From Octopus vulgaris (taxonomy: Eukaryota), in contig OX597815.1 of assembly GCA_951406725.2 (NCBI GenBank), positions 78,058,001 through 78,122,000 of the forward strand: 64,000 nt of DNA, in the 5' to 3' direction. The notes beneath the pieces were generated by a model. It saw only the letters and a list, made by a program, of their open reading frames with translations, was not told the origin of the DNA and made no database searches. Below are positions 11,845 to 25,380 of the stretch, piece after piece. The position numbers and the translations under genes were made by a program. Within the stretch, counting starts at the first letter, position 1. The number at the start of each line of letters is the position of its first letter.

Positions 11845-12228
11845 CTTTTTATTTGTTTTAGTCATTTGACTGTGGCCATACTGGAACACCACCTTTAGTT
11901 GAACAAATCGACCCCAAGACATTCTTTGTAAACCCAGTACTTATTCTATCGGTCTCTCTGGCCGAACTGCTATGTTACAGGGATGTACACACGTCAGCAT
12001 TGTCAAGCGATTGCGGTGGTGTTGGGGGTGGGGAACAAACACAGACACACAAAAATATACATATATACGACGGGCTTCTTTCAGTTTCCATCTACCAAAT
12101 CCACTCACAAGGCTTTGGTCGGCCCGCAGCTATAGTAGGAAATACTTGCCCAAGGTGCCACACAGTTGAACTTAACCTAGAGCCAAGAGGTTTGTAAGCA
12201 AGCTACTTGTCACACAGCCACTCCTGTG
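11845..12228 (-). mobile_element. near full-length tRNA-derived SINE
   Basis: Best-preserved copy of the 9010 family, from head to the tgactaaaacaaataaaa tail. Confidence 0.85.
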
Positions 12229-14039
12229 CTTAAGTGCCTAATGTAGCTTTCAACAGATATAAACACCCTCTCAGATCTCTCATCATTGATCCAATAGATC
12301 ATCAAGGATGTCAAAGCTTGAGGGAGAGTAGGCTGCACCAGTAACCGGCTGATACTTGAATAAGACTGAAGCAATGCAAACGAAATGCCTTTCACCACCC
12401 AGGTTTAAAATTAAACTAAGAATCTTGTGATTGAGAGCTCAATTTTCTGACCACTAGGCCACATGAACCCTCATTTTATTTACAGTCAGTCAGCCTTATG
12501 ATCTTATGATTGAGAGATCAAAATTCTCTATCTACTAAGCCTTAGAAATCCCCATGTTTATCTACAACCAGCAAGTTAATTAAAATTAGCTAGATTACTT
12601 GTAAGAAAAATTTGGCAGAAGCTTACAATTTTGTTAAAGAAGAACTGCATAATGTTCGTGTTTCTTCCAAAGACATTAAATAGCAAGAAGGATGTGGAAT
12701 AAATTCCACCAGGAATTGAAAGTGTTAATTAGGATTTTTTGCTCCATGGCATAAAATTAGAAGTATCCTAAATTAGAAATATACTAGGTATGATAACGCA
12801 AAAGAGAAAATAGTTACTATAAAATAAGAAAATGTTAACAGAAGTGTTTTAACAGAATCAAGTTAAAACTGAGTTTTCGAAACAAGGAAATATTTTTAAT
12901 ATAATTTCAATTAGATTTTTCACATTGGTACAAGAGATATTTATGTTTGAGAGAGTGAATTATTGAATTGCTCTATCTCTCTCTACATTATATTTACTTA
13001 TTTTATCAAGCCTCCAGAAATGAAAGATGAAAATTAGAACTTACAAAGTTAAAGAGTGTAATTAAATATAGTAAGATGTTTAATTCAAATTTCACTGATT
13101 ATGCTCTACCACAGCCAGCTTCATCAGAACAGTACAACAGGAACAACAACAATAATATATACAGAAACTACATTAGCAATTGTTAAAACAAACCGTTGCT
13201 TTTAGCTATATACGATTAGAAGAAAATTTAATAAAAGCTATTTGATGAATTGTCAAATTGATGATTATTTTCCTTTCTTTTTTATTTCAAAACATTTAAT
13301 ATTTTGTTAATTTTCTAACTTAAAAGCAACTATGCCATATTGTATAGCGAACATAACTGGTTTAGGAAAACATTAAACGATAGAAACAATTATTTTAATG
13401 ATAATGAATTTTATAAGAGAAACTATTTAGTTTCAAAAACTAAGAAAATTATAAAGTATTCCTGTAACTAATACGCTATCATAATTATGGTTCTTAATAC
13501 ATTCTTCGGATCTTCTTTTAAAGCTCACATTTCTAAGTTATCTTTTGGTCTGTGCTAATAACAAACACCATTAACAAAGGCATGATAAACATTTCAACGA
13601 GTTATATTTTGTCAGGGTGATCTTTGAGCTTAGCGTGTCACTTTCACAAATTTAATCAGTTTGGTAACTAGGAAACGATTTTTTAGGAAGCTGTGCTTGC
13701 AGTCAGCTTGCTTGTTACAAGATAGTTTTGGATGCAATTAATAATTACTTCTTTTTTTATTGTTATCGTGCATTTTTGTTTATTTTGTTGTTGAATTAGT
13801 TTGTGCTGTAATTTAACTTGATGAACCCTCTAGCTCGATTTGCTAGAAACCCTAGCGAAATTTTATAAATAGAAAAAAATTATTATGAGCTTATTTTATT
13901 CAGTGCTCAAATGCACAACTGATCGGAAAAGGGTAAAAGAGAGGACAGAAAACAACAATACGTCAAGTAAAGAAAGATGATAATGACATCCAATAGTACA
14001 TGCACAATAAAATACAAGACAGAACAACGAACAGTAAAA

Positions 14040-14360
14040 AGAACTGGAGAGAGGAAAGGGTGCAAAGGAATGTCAGTAGTAGCGTTGGCGCATTTCAGGA
14101 AGCATGGAACTTTTTAAGGATGCAGTGTTCTTTTGACAAGTAAAAATTGACGTGGATAGTTTATTCCTTGCTGCAACATTTCTGAGCGTTACACTGTTTC
14201 CGAAAGTCATGGGTACAGTGCTATTTTGCGAGTTTTATATGGTTTAACCACGAGGGATGGAGATATTGAATTTAAAAAGGTGACCATAGTTGGTGGAAAA
14301 ACGGTGGATAATCTTGTGGGCTTCGACTTAGTTCCTAGACATCGACAGACAGCAAAATTT
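14040..14360 (-). mobile_element. CR1-like LINE 3' fragment
   Basis: Decayed VEAHKII...HDFRK...WNKL-like C-terminal motifs on the minus strand. Confidence 0.5.
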
Positions 14361-14624
14361 CTAACCAATCTATTACAATCGTATCCAGCAGTCTTAAAAA
14401 AATGCAACAATAACAAAATAAAACCTAATTCAACAAGAAAATTATCACACAAATATATAAAATAACATAAGAATAATTGCCACAATTGCCATCCTCTTTT
14501 ATACAAAACAAACTGGTTGTAAGCGTGAGGCTTCAAAAATGAATTCTAAAATGTAACAAATTGAAAGTGGCTCGTTGTACAATCGAAAACTGACTTTGTT
14601 TTCAACAATATGAGGAGGCAATTG

Positions 14625-15075
14625 TTTATGCTATCAACCTCCAGCAAGCTCTACCAACTAGAAATTGCAGCGAAGTCTCTCAAGTTACATCCTACCGTGT
14701 GCATTTTATTTTAAGTAAAGAACATATTGTATACAGTAAATCTAAGATAAACGCTATTTGAAAATACAGGGATATTCAGGGTTAGAATGCGTTTGATCAT
14801 AGGTTTACTCATATATGACTGACCTCGGGTTAAACAACAACTTGTATATAGTCAAGCGAGAACAAAAGAGGAAGTACGATATGCTAGAAATAGTAGCCAA
14901 ACAACACACGCAACTCGGACAGCTTTCACGTTGACAATATACTAGAAACAACTACCAAATCTCCCCAAAACCACAACCTATAACATTAAGTCCCTATTAG
15001 ATATGGTCCCTATATAAAAAAGAACGAGATTATCTCAGATGGAATGCTTTTGATTATAATTAATCTTGTTTGGAG
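14625..15075. repeat. abundant ancient repeat (core gacctgctagaaatagcagccaaatctccc)
   Basis: More than 10 diverged copies, e.g. near 27860, 32200, 36960-37320, 49435, 56870, 57270, 60120 and 63450. Confidence 0.65.
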
Positions 15076-16406
15076 CTAAAAGCCATCTACATTCAATAAA
15101 GGTGAACTCCAGGTTTTTTTTGTTTGCTTTTTGTGGCTTACTGGTTGTAGGTTTGAGGATCCCATACTCCACGAACGATAGAATCTGAAACTTTGTGCTA
15201 AAAGGCCAGATTTAGACCTTATGGAGAAGGTGGTGAAGAGCACTTCTGTTCTGGTGGGACCGTCATACACAGCTAATCAAATTTACCTATCGAAAACCGT
15301 TCAAGTGGAATTGACAAGTTTATATATGAGAAAGGATAAAAGCCAAAAGGCCTGCCCATTTTTATAGATAGATCTAAATGCCCATAACTGCTTCATGGAA
15401 ATTATACGCAAATACATATATTAGGTTAAAATACAAACAAAGAACTGAGAAGTTAGTGGCAGGATTATCAAAAAAAAAAGCTTAGGTTAATATGTAACAA
15501 ATTAAAAAGAAACATGTTAGATACTAATAAAAAATCAAATTTGCCTCAAGCAAAAGGATTGAAGCAAGAGCCCAAGAGGGCAATTGGTCCTTTTGCACAC
15601 ACTTCTACAAATTCAATTCAATATAATACAGAATCATCTAGCCTTCCACATTTCTAAGATCGTTAACGTAATAATGACCACATACTAGCATGTAGCTAAC
15701 AACTGGTACTTTACTAGAAGGAAATGGACAAATGCCCCCGCGAAATACCAATCATTCAGTGATACACGACTTTGCTATAGCCAACTTTCTCAAATTGAGT
15801 GGACTATTAAAATACTCTGTCAGTTGATGATATTCAAGACAGGCATGGTCTGGGCCAATACTGGATGAAATCTAAGTCTAAACGTATATTTTCATACAAC
15901 GAAAAAAGTGTGGCCTTATAAGTATATAGGCTCATTGTATAGTCATAAGATCCGTACATCATCGAGTTGTGACTTTAATACAACATTAATAATAAAAAAT
16001 AGGATATATGGAGGAATGTATTAAGATTATATATATTCTTGTACTTGTTTCAGTCATTTGACTGCGGCCATGCTGGAGCTTTGATCGGAAGTTTTGTTGT
16101 TCAAATGTATTTTCAAACAACTGTACTAAAACAATCACTGGTATGGTTGACTCAAGATAATGATTTCTACTTTTGGATACAAGGCCCAGCATTTTTGAAG
16201 GATGGAACTGAGTCGATACCATCGACTCCTTACTCGACTGGTACCCTATTTTATTGACTCTACCCCGAAGGGATGAACAACAAAGTTGATCTCGATGGGA
16301 TTTGAACTCGGATCGTAGTGAGTAGAAGAAATACCGCAAAGCATTTTTACCATGAGGCTTTAACGATTCTACCAATGCACCATCTTAAGCCGACCCAAGA
16401 TATTTC

Positions 16407-16501
16407 GGCGAAAGTAAAGAATACGTACACGCGGTGTTTAGGGTTAGGGGTTAGAGATGTAACGCTGAAAACGGGTGGTGTACGTATTCTTTACCTCCGG
16501 C
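16407..16501. mobile_element. 95-bp Merlin-like MITE
   Basis: TIR core gtaaagaatacgtacac, 8-bp TSD gatatttc (16399-16406 and 16502-16509), internal ttagggttaggggttag. Confidence 0.75.
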
Positions 16502-17328
16502 GATATTTCATGCACTTTTAACTGTAGAAAGACACTAGCCACTCGATCACACACACACGCACATGTATTCTTTATATTGCACGTATATTTGTAAACTTTT
16601 TCAGCTTATTTTAACTGTATAGACAATGCAGTCGCAACAATGTTATTTATATTAACATTTGCTAAGTACTTTTGGTGTGAATAATATTTCGCTAAGATTA
16701 ATTGCGGTTTACTGTGCAGCACTATATCCCGTTATCAATGTGTATGTGATCGTGAGTTGATTTGATGGATGTTGTCTTTCAACGACCAGATTATACGAGT
16801 GTTGTTCCTCCGGATAAGGTGTGTATGTGTTCTTGCACTAGAATAGTATCATGGTCCGGTTTTGCTTGTGATAAAATGACTACTAGTAATGATACGCACA
16901 AACACACACGGATACAAATGTTTGAGAGTGTGTGATATACTAGGTGAGTGAATGATAAGATTTCCTTGAAATCTTTGGAAATTTGAATACAACATTAAAA
17001 AAACAAACAAAAACAGTTAAGTGAACGGATGAAGACGACCTAATAAAATAATGCAACATAATTTACAGTAACAATGTGTGGGTAGTTAGACGATTATATA
17101 TAATAGAGACGTTGAGAAATATGCGGAAATAATAATTAGAAAAATAGATAAAATCGATAGTGTATACGCCTAGTATTTCATACGAGTATTTTTTTTCTTT
17201 CATTTTAAAGTTTTAAAGATTTATTAATGAAATAGGGTGAAATTGGAATGTCATTTTTTTTTTTTTATCTGTACAAAACTTGAAAGCCAAAGAAAAGAGA
17301 AAAAGGGGTGAAAAAAAAATTAACTTAC

Positions 17329-17450
17329 CAATACTAAATTTTGTATTTTTTCATCAAGCAGAAAATTTTTCAAAAAGTCTATGTCCCTTTCATCTGCCCC
17401 TGCTGACTCTTCCAAATCGTCCAAGTTATTTACAACTTGCTTAAAGGCCG
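17329..17450 (-). CDS. MPP6: MAGUK p55 family exon: L27N domain
   Basis: 122-nt exon, pyrimidine tract plus ttag| and |gtaagt, phase 1/0. AFKQVVNNLDDLEESAGADERDIDFLKNFLLDEKIQNLVL resembles recalled AMQQVLDNL...GAAELDLIFLRGIMESPIVRSLAK. Confidence 0.9.
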
Positions 17451-17518
17451 CTAAATAATCAAAAGAATGAAGAAGAAAAAACGAGATGGTTCCAGTTACA
17501 CAGGTAATGATCTCTTAC

Positions 17519-17540
17519 GGCTTCTCATAATCTTCTCCAT
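17519..17540 (-). CDS. MPP6: probable first coding exon of the MPP gene (MEKIMRS-P)
   Basis: ATG at 17540, 22 nt, then |gtaaga donor. Phase 1 matches the L27N exon across a 68-nt intron (17451-17518). Confidence 0.6.
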
Positions 17541-17559
17541 TTACAGTCAATAAACAAAA

Positions 17560-18180
17560 ATACAGGTAAATTTGTAAACGAAAGTTGCTGTGAGGAAGTT
17601 TCAAAGTTAAATATAAAATATAAATGGGTGGATTTACATTCGTAGGAAAATATAGCAGGTGCAAAAATTAAGAAAATTTACGTTCTGGTAATGAGAACAG
17701 TTGAGCGACTTCTTTCCCCTTCCAACACTGAAATCTAAAGCTTGCGGTTAGAAAATCTCCAGAAAAATGGCAAGATGCCCAATACTTGGGTGGATATACC
17801 CAACTATTTGTATGTAGGTGGAACTATGAACGAAATAAACAGTTTTTCGCGTTTGTTTGGGTTTATTTGTGAAGTTATTCTTACATTTTCTTAAAACAAT
17901 TGTTTGTTTTTTAACATGTTTTTTTTTTTACTTCTTTTGTTTTCGAAAGAGGTGCATAAACATTTTCTTAAATTTGCATACACTTACAGCAAAATGAACG
18001 GAATATATACTGTTTGTAAAAAGGAGAGTAAGAGAGAGAGAGAGAGAGAGAACGATATGACGTCAATGTTTGCTGTTGCATTGATTGACATGCGAGGTAC
18101 TAACCGCAAATTTTACTCCTTACAAGTAGCCACAATTTATGTCATGGAAGTGAAAGTTAAGCATGTCCCATAACATCCAG
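17560..18180 (-). promoter_or_regulatory. candidate promoter/5'UTR of the MPP gene
   Basis: Repeat-poor region directly upstream of ATG 17540, with a full CRE palindrome TGACGTCA at 18058-18065 and a GA tract. Confidence 0.35.
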
Positions 18181-19872
18181 GAAAACTTAGCAACAACTAA
18201 GAAAACAATCCCTTGACATTGACCAGGAAAAAGAAAAATGAATAAAGAGGAGCGAGAGAAAAAGAAACAGAAGCTTGTTCAGACCAGCATGGATAAATTA
18301 TAGCTTTGAAGTTGTCTAGTCATTGTAACTTCGTTACGTGACAATCACTAATTATATAGGATGGGTTGGGAACAACAACAAATGAATGGAGAAAACTGTC
18401 AGCGAGGGAGATAGAGAAAAGGAACAATGAGAGAAAGAGAGAGGAGGTCTTTATTGATTAATAACCTTCCATGCTACAAATAGAGTAACTGGATGTTATA
18501 CATTAAGGAAGAATGAAAAAAAAAATGTTAGCCCGTTATTTCATAATTTCTTGGTGGTTAAGAAACTGCACGTGTTTTGGGTTCAGTCATGCAGCGCAGC
18601 ACCTTGGGTAAATGTCCTCTATTATAGCCTTAGACCGACTAATGCCTTGTGAACGGATTTGATAGACAAACTGTATGATAGCCTGTCATGATTGTATGTA
18701 CGCCAACACCGTTGGTATGTCCCATTACTTAGCGATTCGGTAAAAGCGAACGGATAGAATAAACTTACAAAGCAGAACTGGGGTTCATTTGTTCTACTAA
18801 ACTATTTAAGGCAGGTCTCCTGCACGACTGCAGTTCCAAGAATGAATGAAACAATAGGTAAAGATATACACTTTACGAAACAAGTTTGTTGAACACTTGT
18901 TTCATCTGAGTTTCCATCATGACAAAATATGTATGTTCGATGTATTCAGAGGTGTTGTATTCTATAATAAATGTGTTTGTGGAAGCCCTAGTTATTTGCA
19001 TTTAAAATGTGTGCATCATTGAGATTATGTGTGAGCAAAAAATTTGACCACTGAATACAAAATAAGATGTAAAACCTAGTTTTAAAAATACATTCAGACT
19101 TTACTGGCAGTCTGAGCATCTCCTACCAACATTACAAACCCAGACAAACGATGAAAAGTTAGCGTACGAGCGTGCGTGGGATACCTAAAATTCTTCTGAC
19201 GTAACTAACATATCTCAAAAATTTATCTTCGGGTAAAAGGGGTGCGAAGGAAAGAGGGGGAGAAGGGAGAGATGTATAGCTTTAATACGTCTGGAGTATT
19301 TTCTCTAACTTCCACAATCATTTGCTTCTCTTTAGCAGTTGTGTCAGTTAACCAATCACCCACGCAAGGATTAGTGGAAACCGCTTTATTACTGTCGGAC
19401 ACATGGAGAACTAAATAGTATCAAAATTAAGCATGAAATGTATGACACATTCGTTCTTAGTTGATTCACTGTAACTGTTTCGAGTAATGCGAGAAACTCA
19501 GAGTAGTAACAATGAATTATCAGCTCCAAATGAATGAATAAATTCCAACTGCATGTATTAGATACGCTTTACTTCGTTCATCCAAATTAAGGCGGTGCTC
19601 TAGCATGGCCTTAAGCCATAACAAACAGAGTCCAAATACTGTAAATGAAAGGTCAGTAAACTTTTAAATAGGACAAGCCGGATCAGAAATGTTTTTATGT
19701 CTTACGAGCCAAAGCGATAAAAGATGAAGCCACGACAGAAACTGCTTTTAATAGAGTTTTTTTAACGTCATGCGTTGTTACAAGGATTCACAACACATTT
19801 AAAGATAGATGAATCAGTTATACAAAGCATGGATTGCAGCGAAGAGTTAAAACAATAAGCATGCACACATGC

Positions 19873-19922
<50 letters not shown>

Positions 19923-20915
19923 GTACGTATGTATGTTAGGATAAATAGGAGTGGTTGTGGCTTAGTGGCTTCGAAATAAATATAATGGACAGTTTACCTG
20001 TATTTCTAAACAGACATATATATTAGTTACTTCCTCGTCTTTTTTTAAAAGAAAAAAATCAATGATGAGTCATGTGAACTATATTGCTTTAGCGTGTGAG
20101 GCATTGTTCATCGCTATTGTTCCATTCATTATGGAAAGCGAAAACGTTTACTGCTTAAAACATTTCCCACCAGGAAAAACTAGGATTTTTTTTTCTTGTA
20201 ACCAGGTGAGATAATCACACATTTTAAAAATTCATTTTAATATAAAATAATAGATTCATTGGAAGCCGCTACAAAAATGAAGCTTGTCTGATTTTCAATA
20301 CTGTCTGTTATTGTTTGTTAACTAAAGATAGATAAAGAGTTTTTGAATGCAATGTCATGTATTCATGTAATAGGATTGTGTGCTGAAACTAAAACAGCTT
20401 CATGATAGACTCGTATTGGCTATTTAAAATATACACACATTATTGTTTGTTTTATCCTTTTTAAAGAGACATGTATCAAACATTATATATTTTGAACCTG
20501 GTTTACTGATAATGAGGTCAAGTTAGTTATGTAAAACGGAAGCGTTACACAATGACATAACTAAATAATTCGGGCGTGGAAGTGTGTGTACATGAGAGTG
20601 CATGCGCGTGAAGTCATTTCTGAGTCAGGAAGAAGAAGAAAAAAAAAACACATTTAAGTGAAAAAGATTCTGCAGTTCTTTGAAATAGGGTGTCTTAATA
20701 AAATTTGTTTCTAATCTAGTACCAGGCCAGCAGCTTTTTATTTCTATTTCTTTTTAGGAAGGTATTAATTGATGCTACCGACCAGTACTTTACTTTATCG
20801 ATCCGGAAAGGATGAAAGGTAATGGTGACAAAGTGAAATTTGAACTCGTAACTCAAACCGGAACAAATATCGGAAGGTATTTTTTTTTTCAGATTTACTT
20901 CTGTAGCGGTGACTA

Positions 20916-21362
20916 GAACCCATAATCGCTAGATAACCGGTTAGACACCACGAGCTAACCAACACAATTTTATGCTATCGGTCTCTTAATCAACCAATCA
21001 GCGTGAAACTGTGGCGTGACGTGGGTTTTCTAGGATGTTCTTGCCCCCTTTATTAGAAAAAAACCCCTTTTAGCGCTTTTTTTTATTGCAGAGTCTAGAA
21101 GGCAGCTAAGCGACATGTGCCTCCATTCTTGCCACGCCTACCGTTCCAGACATTTGCAAGTTCTCGGACAGACGGAACTTAATTTTCACATAATGTCTCA
21201 TAAATAACTTTTATGGACGTGATTCGGTTTTTCTCTCTCGTCACGTTTATGTTGTTCATTGTGAATAGTTAACTCTCAATATCTTTATATATGGTAATAC
21301 ATATTTCAGTTAAAATGTTCATATGTGTGCTTCCGTTATTATTCACGCGGTCAACGAAATTG
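20916..21362 (+). repeat. direct repeat copy A (copy B at 22974-23350)
   Basis: Both copies run from cgctagataaccggt to gtgtgcttc-gttattatt-acgcgg-caacgaaat; diverged. Confidence 0.75.
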
Positions 21363-22221
21363 AACATTTGGTGATATTCAACATAGGAAAATGCAAAAGT
21401 TGCATCAATAGACCGTCTCATTTATCTCATGAAAAATCAACTCATCACCACTACCACGACAAAGAGGGCAGATAAAAGAGGACAGACACCGCTGCTCATT
21501 ACTTTTACCACCACAAACCCCACCTGTTGGAGCTGAGACATAACACTGTTAAGCATGGCTATTGGCTTAGGTGTATCTTTCATCTGCTCAAAATTACAGT
21601 CAAAACCAACTCTTTACACCGAGGAAAGTCTTCTCTCGAATGGATGATTCCGGAGCGAATTTTATCCAGAATCTTCCAAGTTTGCTGTAACGGCCGATAT
21701 TTAATCTTTTCCCATCATTTCATTTGCGTGATTCCAACTAACTTGGTTTTTTTTTTAAATTGCAACACCATGGATATTCTCTCTTCGAATATTTCTAATG
21801 CAGGTACTTTTCCACCTCCCTTCGTCTCTTCCATTTCCTCTGAACTGGCAACCGAAGACAAAATTCAGCCTCTGGCAGACACGTGCAGCAACACTTGTCT
21901 CATTATTTTGCGCGATCGACTTCTCGTGGCTAGAGGACTTCAGGAATCAGTCATTGCATTCGTTTTTTCAAGTTAGCTGCTCAAAAGCGGGAAAACAGCA
22001 ACTTCTTTGTCAATAACGCACTTAGGCCATTCCTAGAAAGGAAGACCCTTCACCGTGCATGAAACTTTCAACCATAACCTACACATTATAATCCAACACA
22101 GATGAAAACTACCCAAGAGACAGCAAACACCTTGATTATATTTCAGGTTACTTTCTAGTTTAAGAGTACAATGTGTAGTAAACGCTTATTACACATTGTT
22201 TTAACCTGTAACACTATTTTT

Positions 22222-22627
22222 GGATCTTTTCGGTTTGAACGGCAGTTTTTTCTAGCGGTGTCATGAAATTGTCACCCGTAATTATGACCCTAGTATCGAT
22301 CTATTGCATTTCAATCTGTTTTAGGATTGGGGTGGGGGGAAGGTATCTTTTTTTTCTTCAAAAATGTAAATAAACCCAATGTTTCTTAAACGAGGGACAT
22401 ATTCATGTGGCACAGAATATTTTCACCTCAATGGACGTCATTGATTGGTTGAAATTGCAGAACTTGAAGAAAAAAAAACAACAAATATCTTACAAACTAT
22501 AGAATTTTCTCAATAAAACCAAGAGAAAAAGATGTTTTATAAATATATTCTACCAGTATACGAAGTTTAAAATTTTTTAGTTACCTAGAAATAATGTTAA
22601 AAACTGCCGTTCAAACCGAAAAGATCC
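22222..22627. mobile_element. Merlin-superfamily MITE (same family as 6906-7744)
   Basis: Perfect TIR ggatcttttcggtttgaacggcagtttt; 8-bp TSD ctattttt (22214-22221 and 22628-22635). Confidence 0.85.
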
Positions 22628-22973
22628 CTATTTTTTTCTTCTCATTTTTGTGACCGGGTCTTAAACTAGAGATTAACCATATTTCAGTTTGCTTGTAGAT
22701 ATGCGACATAAAAGACGCTGAAAAATTTCTGCAACAGATACACTATCGTTTTTCATATCAATACTTTGTATTCTGGTTACACAGACTAATTTTTTTTTGA
22801 CACACACAAAGCTTTTTTTTCTTTTTCATAGTTAAGAAAAAAGAAAAAAAAACTACAGAATTTTGCATCTTCTACGAACTAATTGTTTTATAGGTATTCT
22901 TTCAGCATTTATTCCTCATATGTTTTCTCATTTTGTACTCATGTTGGCTTAATTTTATGTATATTCTGGATTC

Positions 22974-23350
22974 GAAACCCTAACCGCTAGATAACCGGTC
23001 AGAGACTACATCATCGGCCTCAATTTACAGCACGAAGCTGTGACGTGATTTTTTTTCTTTTATAGAATGTTCTTGTCCCCCTTTAAAAAAAACGCTTTTG
23101 GCGCTTTTTGATCGTAGCATGTTGAAGGCGACTGAGCGATATGCGCGTCCATTCAGGGTAGCTGGCGGTTCAAGACCGACAGACTGAACTGGACATTCAC
23201 ACAGTGTCTCATAAGAAACTTCTGTAGATGCTGTGCGATTTTTATCACTCCCAGTTAGCAAACATTTGTGTTCATTCATATCTGGCAATAAATTTTTAAG
23301 TTAAATGTTCGCAAGTGTGCTTCAGTTATTATTTACGCGGCCAACGAAAT
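22974..23350 (+). repeat. direct repeat copy B
   Basis: See 20916-21362. Confidence 0.75.
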
Positions 23351-24409
23351 ATAACTTCATTTATTAGCTCCACAAAACACCAACCAAAGCCACCATTTCA
23401 GCACTTATTATTCTGAAAATAACGAATACCATTTTAATAAATTAGTTATATATATTCTCACTCTAATGGCTGATTAATTTTAAGGTAAAGGAGATTGTAA
23501 AATACAGGTGCAGATTTTCCACGTCAAAATAAGTTCGGGAACGGCTGTTTCAAGTCATCGATAAATTTAATATCTGTTTTGACAGATGTGCAAATTGACA
23601 CAAACGCTATATAACTTCCAAAATCATTTTAAAAAGCTAAATATAAAAATTACTGAAGTTTTAATTTTTTCTAAGTAGATAAGATGTTGGACAACCAAAT
23701 AAGTTTGTATGCACCAGAGGCAAATAACGATCTCTGAATAAAATAGTTTATTCTGTGTCAGTACTGCTAACGATCGGGGAAAGGTAAATCTGGAAATGTT
23801 GCTTGTTATTGTCTAATACCTTATAAAGGACGTTTTGCTCATCGGCTTTATGCTACAAAATATAGAAGCTTCATGGACACCTGATTTGAGAAGACATTGT
23901 AATCAATCCGGTTTCAAGGACGAGCCGACATGTTTACTAGACAGTTAAGCAAAATATTATCTGCTGTGAACAACTAAAAGTCCTCTCCCACTAACTTTGA
24001 TGGAGTGGGAGGCGGGAGAGAACATATTACTTCATGCTTTCCAAATTCGCATTTAAAGTTGCCAGTCTTTGTCCTTAAATGTAAACTTTAAACTGTCAAA
24101 TCCTAGTGGGATAAAAGAAATTGTAATAATCAACCTGTCAGTCAGTAGTGACAGTATGATCAGATGAGTTAGCATTAACAAGGTATGGTGGCACACAGCT
24201 TAATCACGTCTAAGTCTGACGTTTTCTCCAAAACGTAGATAGACCTGTATGGTGTACGGGAGGGGGAATTTTGTCAACTCTTATTTGCTGCTGCTGCTGC
24301 TACTACTACTATTACTACTACAGGCATAAAGTTTGAAATTTTGTGGAAGGAGATTTAGTCCATCTAATCGACCCCAGAATCCAACCGGTGTCGATAAAAT
24401 ATATATTTT

Positions 24410-25081
24410 TTTATATACCCAGGCCTAATCCCCATTTTTTAGGAGGGGCTAACTACTACAAGACACACACCAGGAATTCCATTCATTTCCCAGCTCAAAG
24501 AAAGTAGCCCTGTTCTATGCTCGGATCAAGGCATAGAATGCAACCCCCAATATTAGAAGCGGGGCCCGACAGCATATGTTGGTTTACTCCCGCTGCATCA
24601 TGCTCGTTCTGTGCCCCTTTGAGCAACATCAAATTCATTCATCCGTCCATAAACACACTCCAAGTTTGCCTATCGCTTAGAAACTCTCTTGCCTCTCTCA
24701 ATCCAATATCTCTAACCACCAAAGCTTTCCTCATTCCATCCATCCACCCATACAAACCGAGGTCTGCCTCAGGTTCTGCTTCCTACCATTTCTGCCTTCA
24801 TCACCCTCCGCTCCTCATCCACCCTCTCCATGTGGCCAAACCACTTCAACATTCGTCTATCCATTTTGGTTGTTAGTTTTTCTCTCATTTCTGCTTGCCT
24901 TCGCACCTCCTCATTCCTCATCCTATCCACCCGTGTCACACCAATCATAGCCCTCAGAGATCTCAAACATATCTAGTCGCCTCCTTTCTGCCTCTCCCAT
25001 TCCCCACGTCTCTGCACCGTATAACATTGTCGGCACAATCACGCTCTCATACACACCTGTTTTCGCTTTCATACTCAACAT
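24410..25081 (-). mobile_element. RTE-clade LINE 3' fragment
   Basis: MIGVTRVDRMRNEEVRR...LKWFGHMERVDEER; homologous to 39400-40020. Confidence 0.88.
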
Positions 25082-25380
25082 ACCTAGGTATGACTAAACT
25101 ACATCCGGTAGTGGGGGCCCTGGTTTCAGGGTTTGAGGAGTGTGGAACCACCTCCTAGCCACTGTTGTTCACAGATCTACTCTGGCCTAGAGTGGTAGCA
25201 ATTGTAAGGGTCCCAGCTATGGGTTAACTAGCAGCCCATTACGACTGGGTGGGGGACCTATAGAATGCAGTCGCCGTATTCTCTGCGTGACTTAAGAGGC
25301 GACTAAAAGTGGGACAAGCGAAGGGACTGGGAATCCACTCCTATAATTTCATATTCCTAAAAAGACAAGAAAATAAAATA
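25082..25380 (+). mobile_element. SINE-like or leader segment fused to the RTE fragment
   Basis: Reverse complement of 38510-38805. Confidence 0.7.

Noticed and set aside
13076-13132. CUGAUGA...GAAA on the minus strand
   Set aside because: Stem III register is off by one and the motif overlaps a decayed SINE; likely chance.
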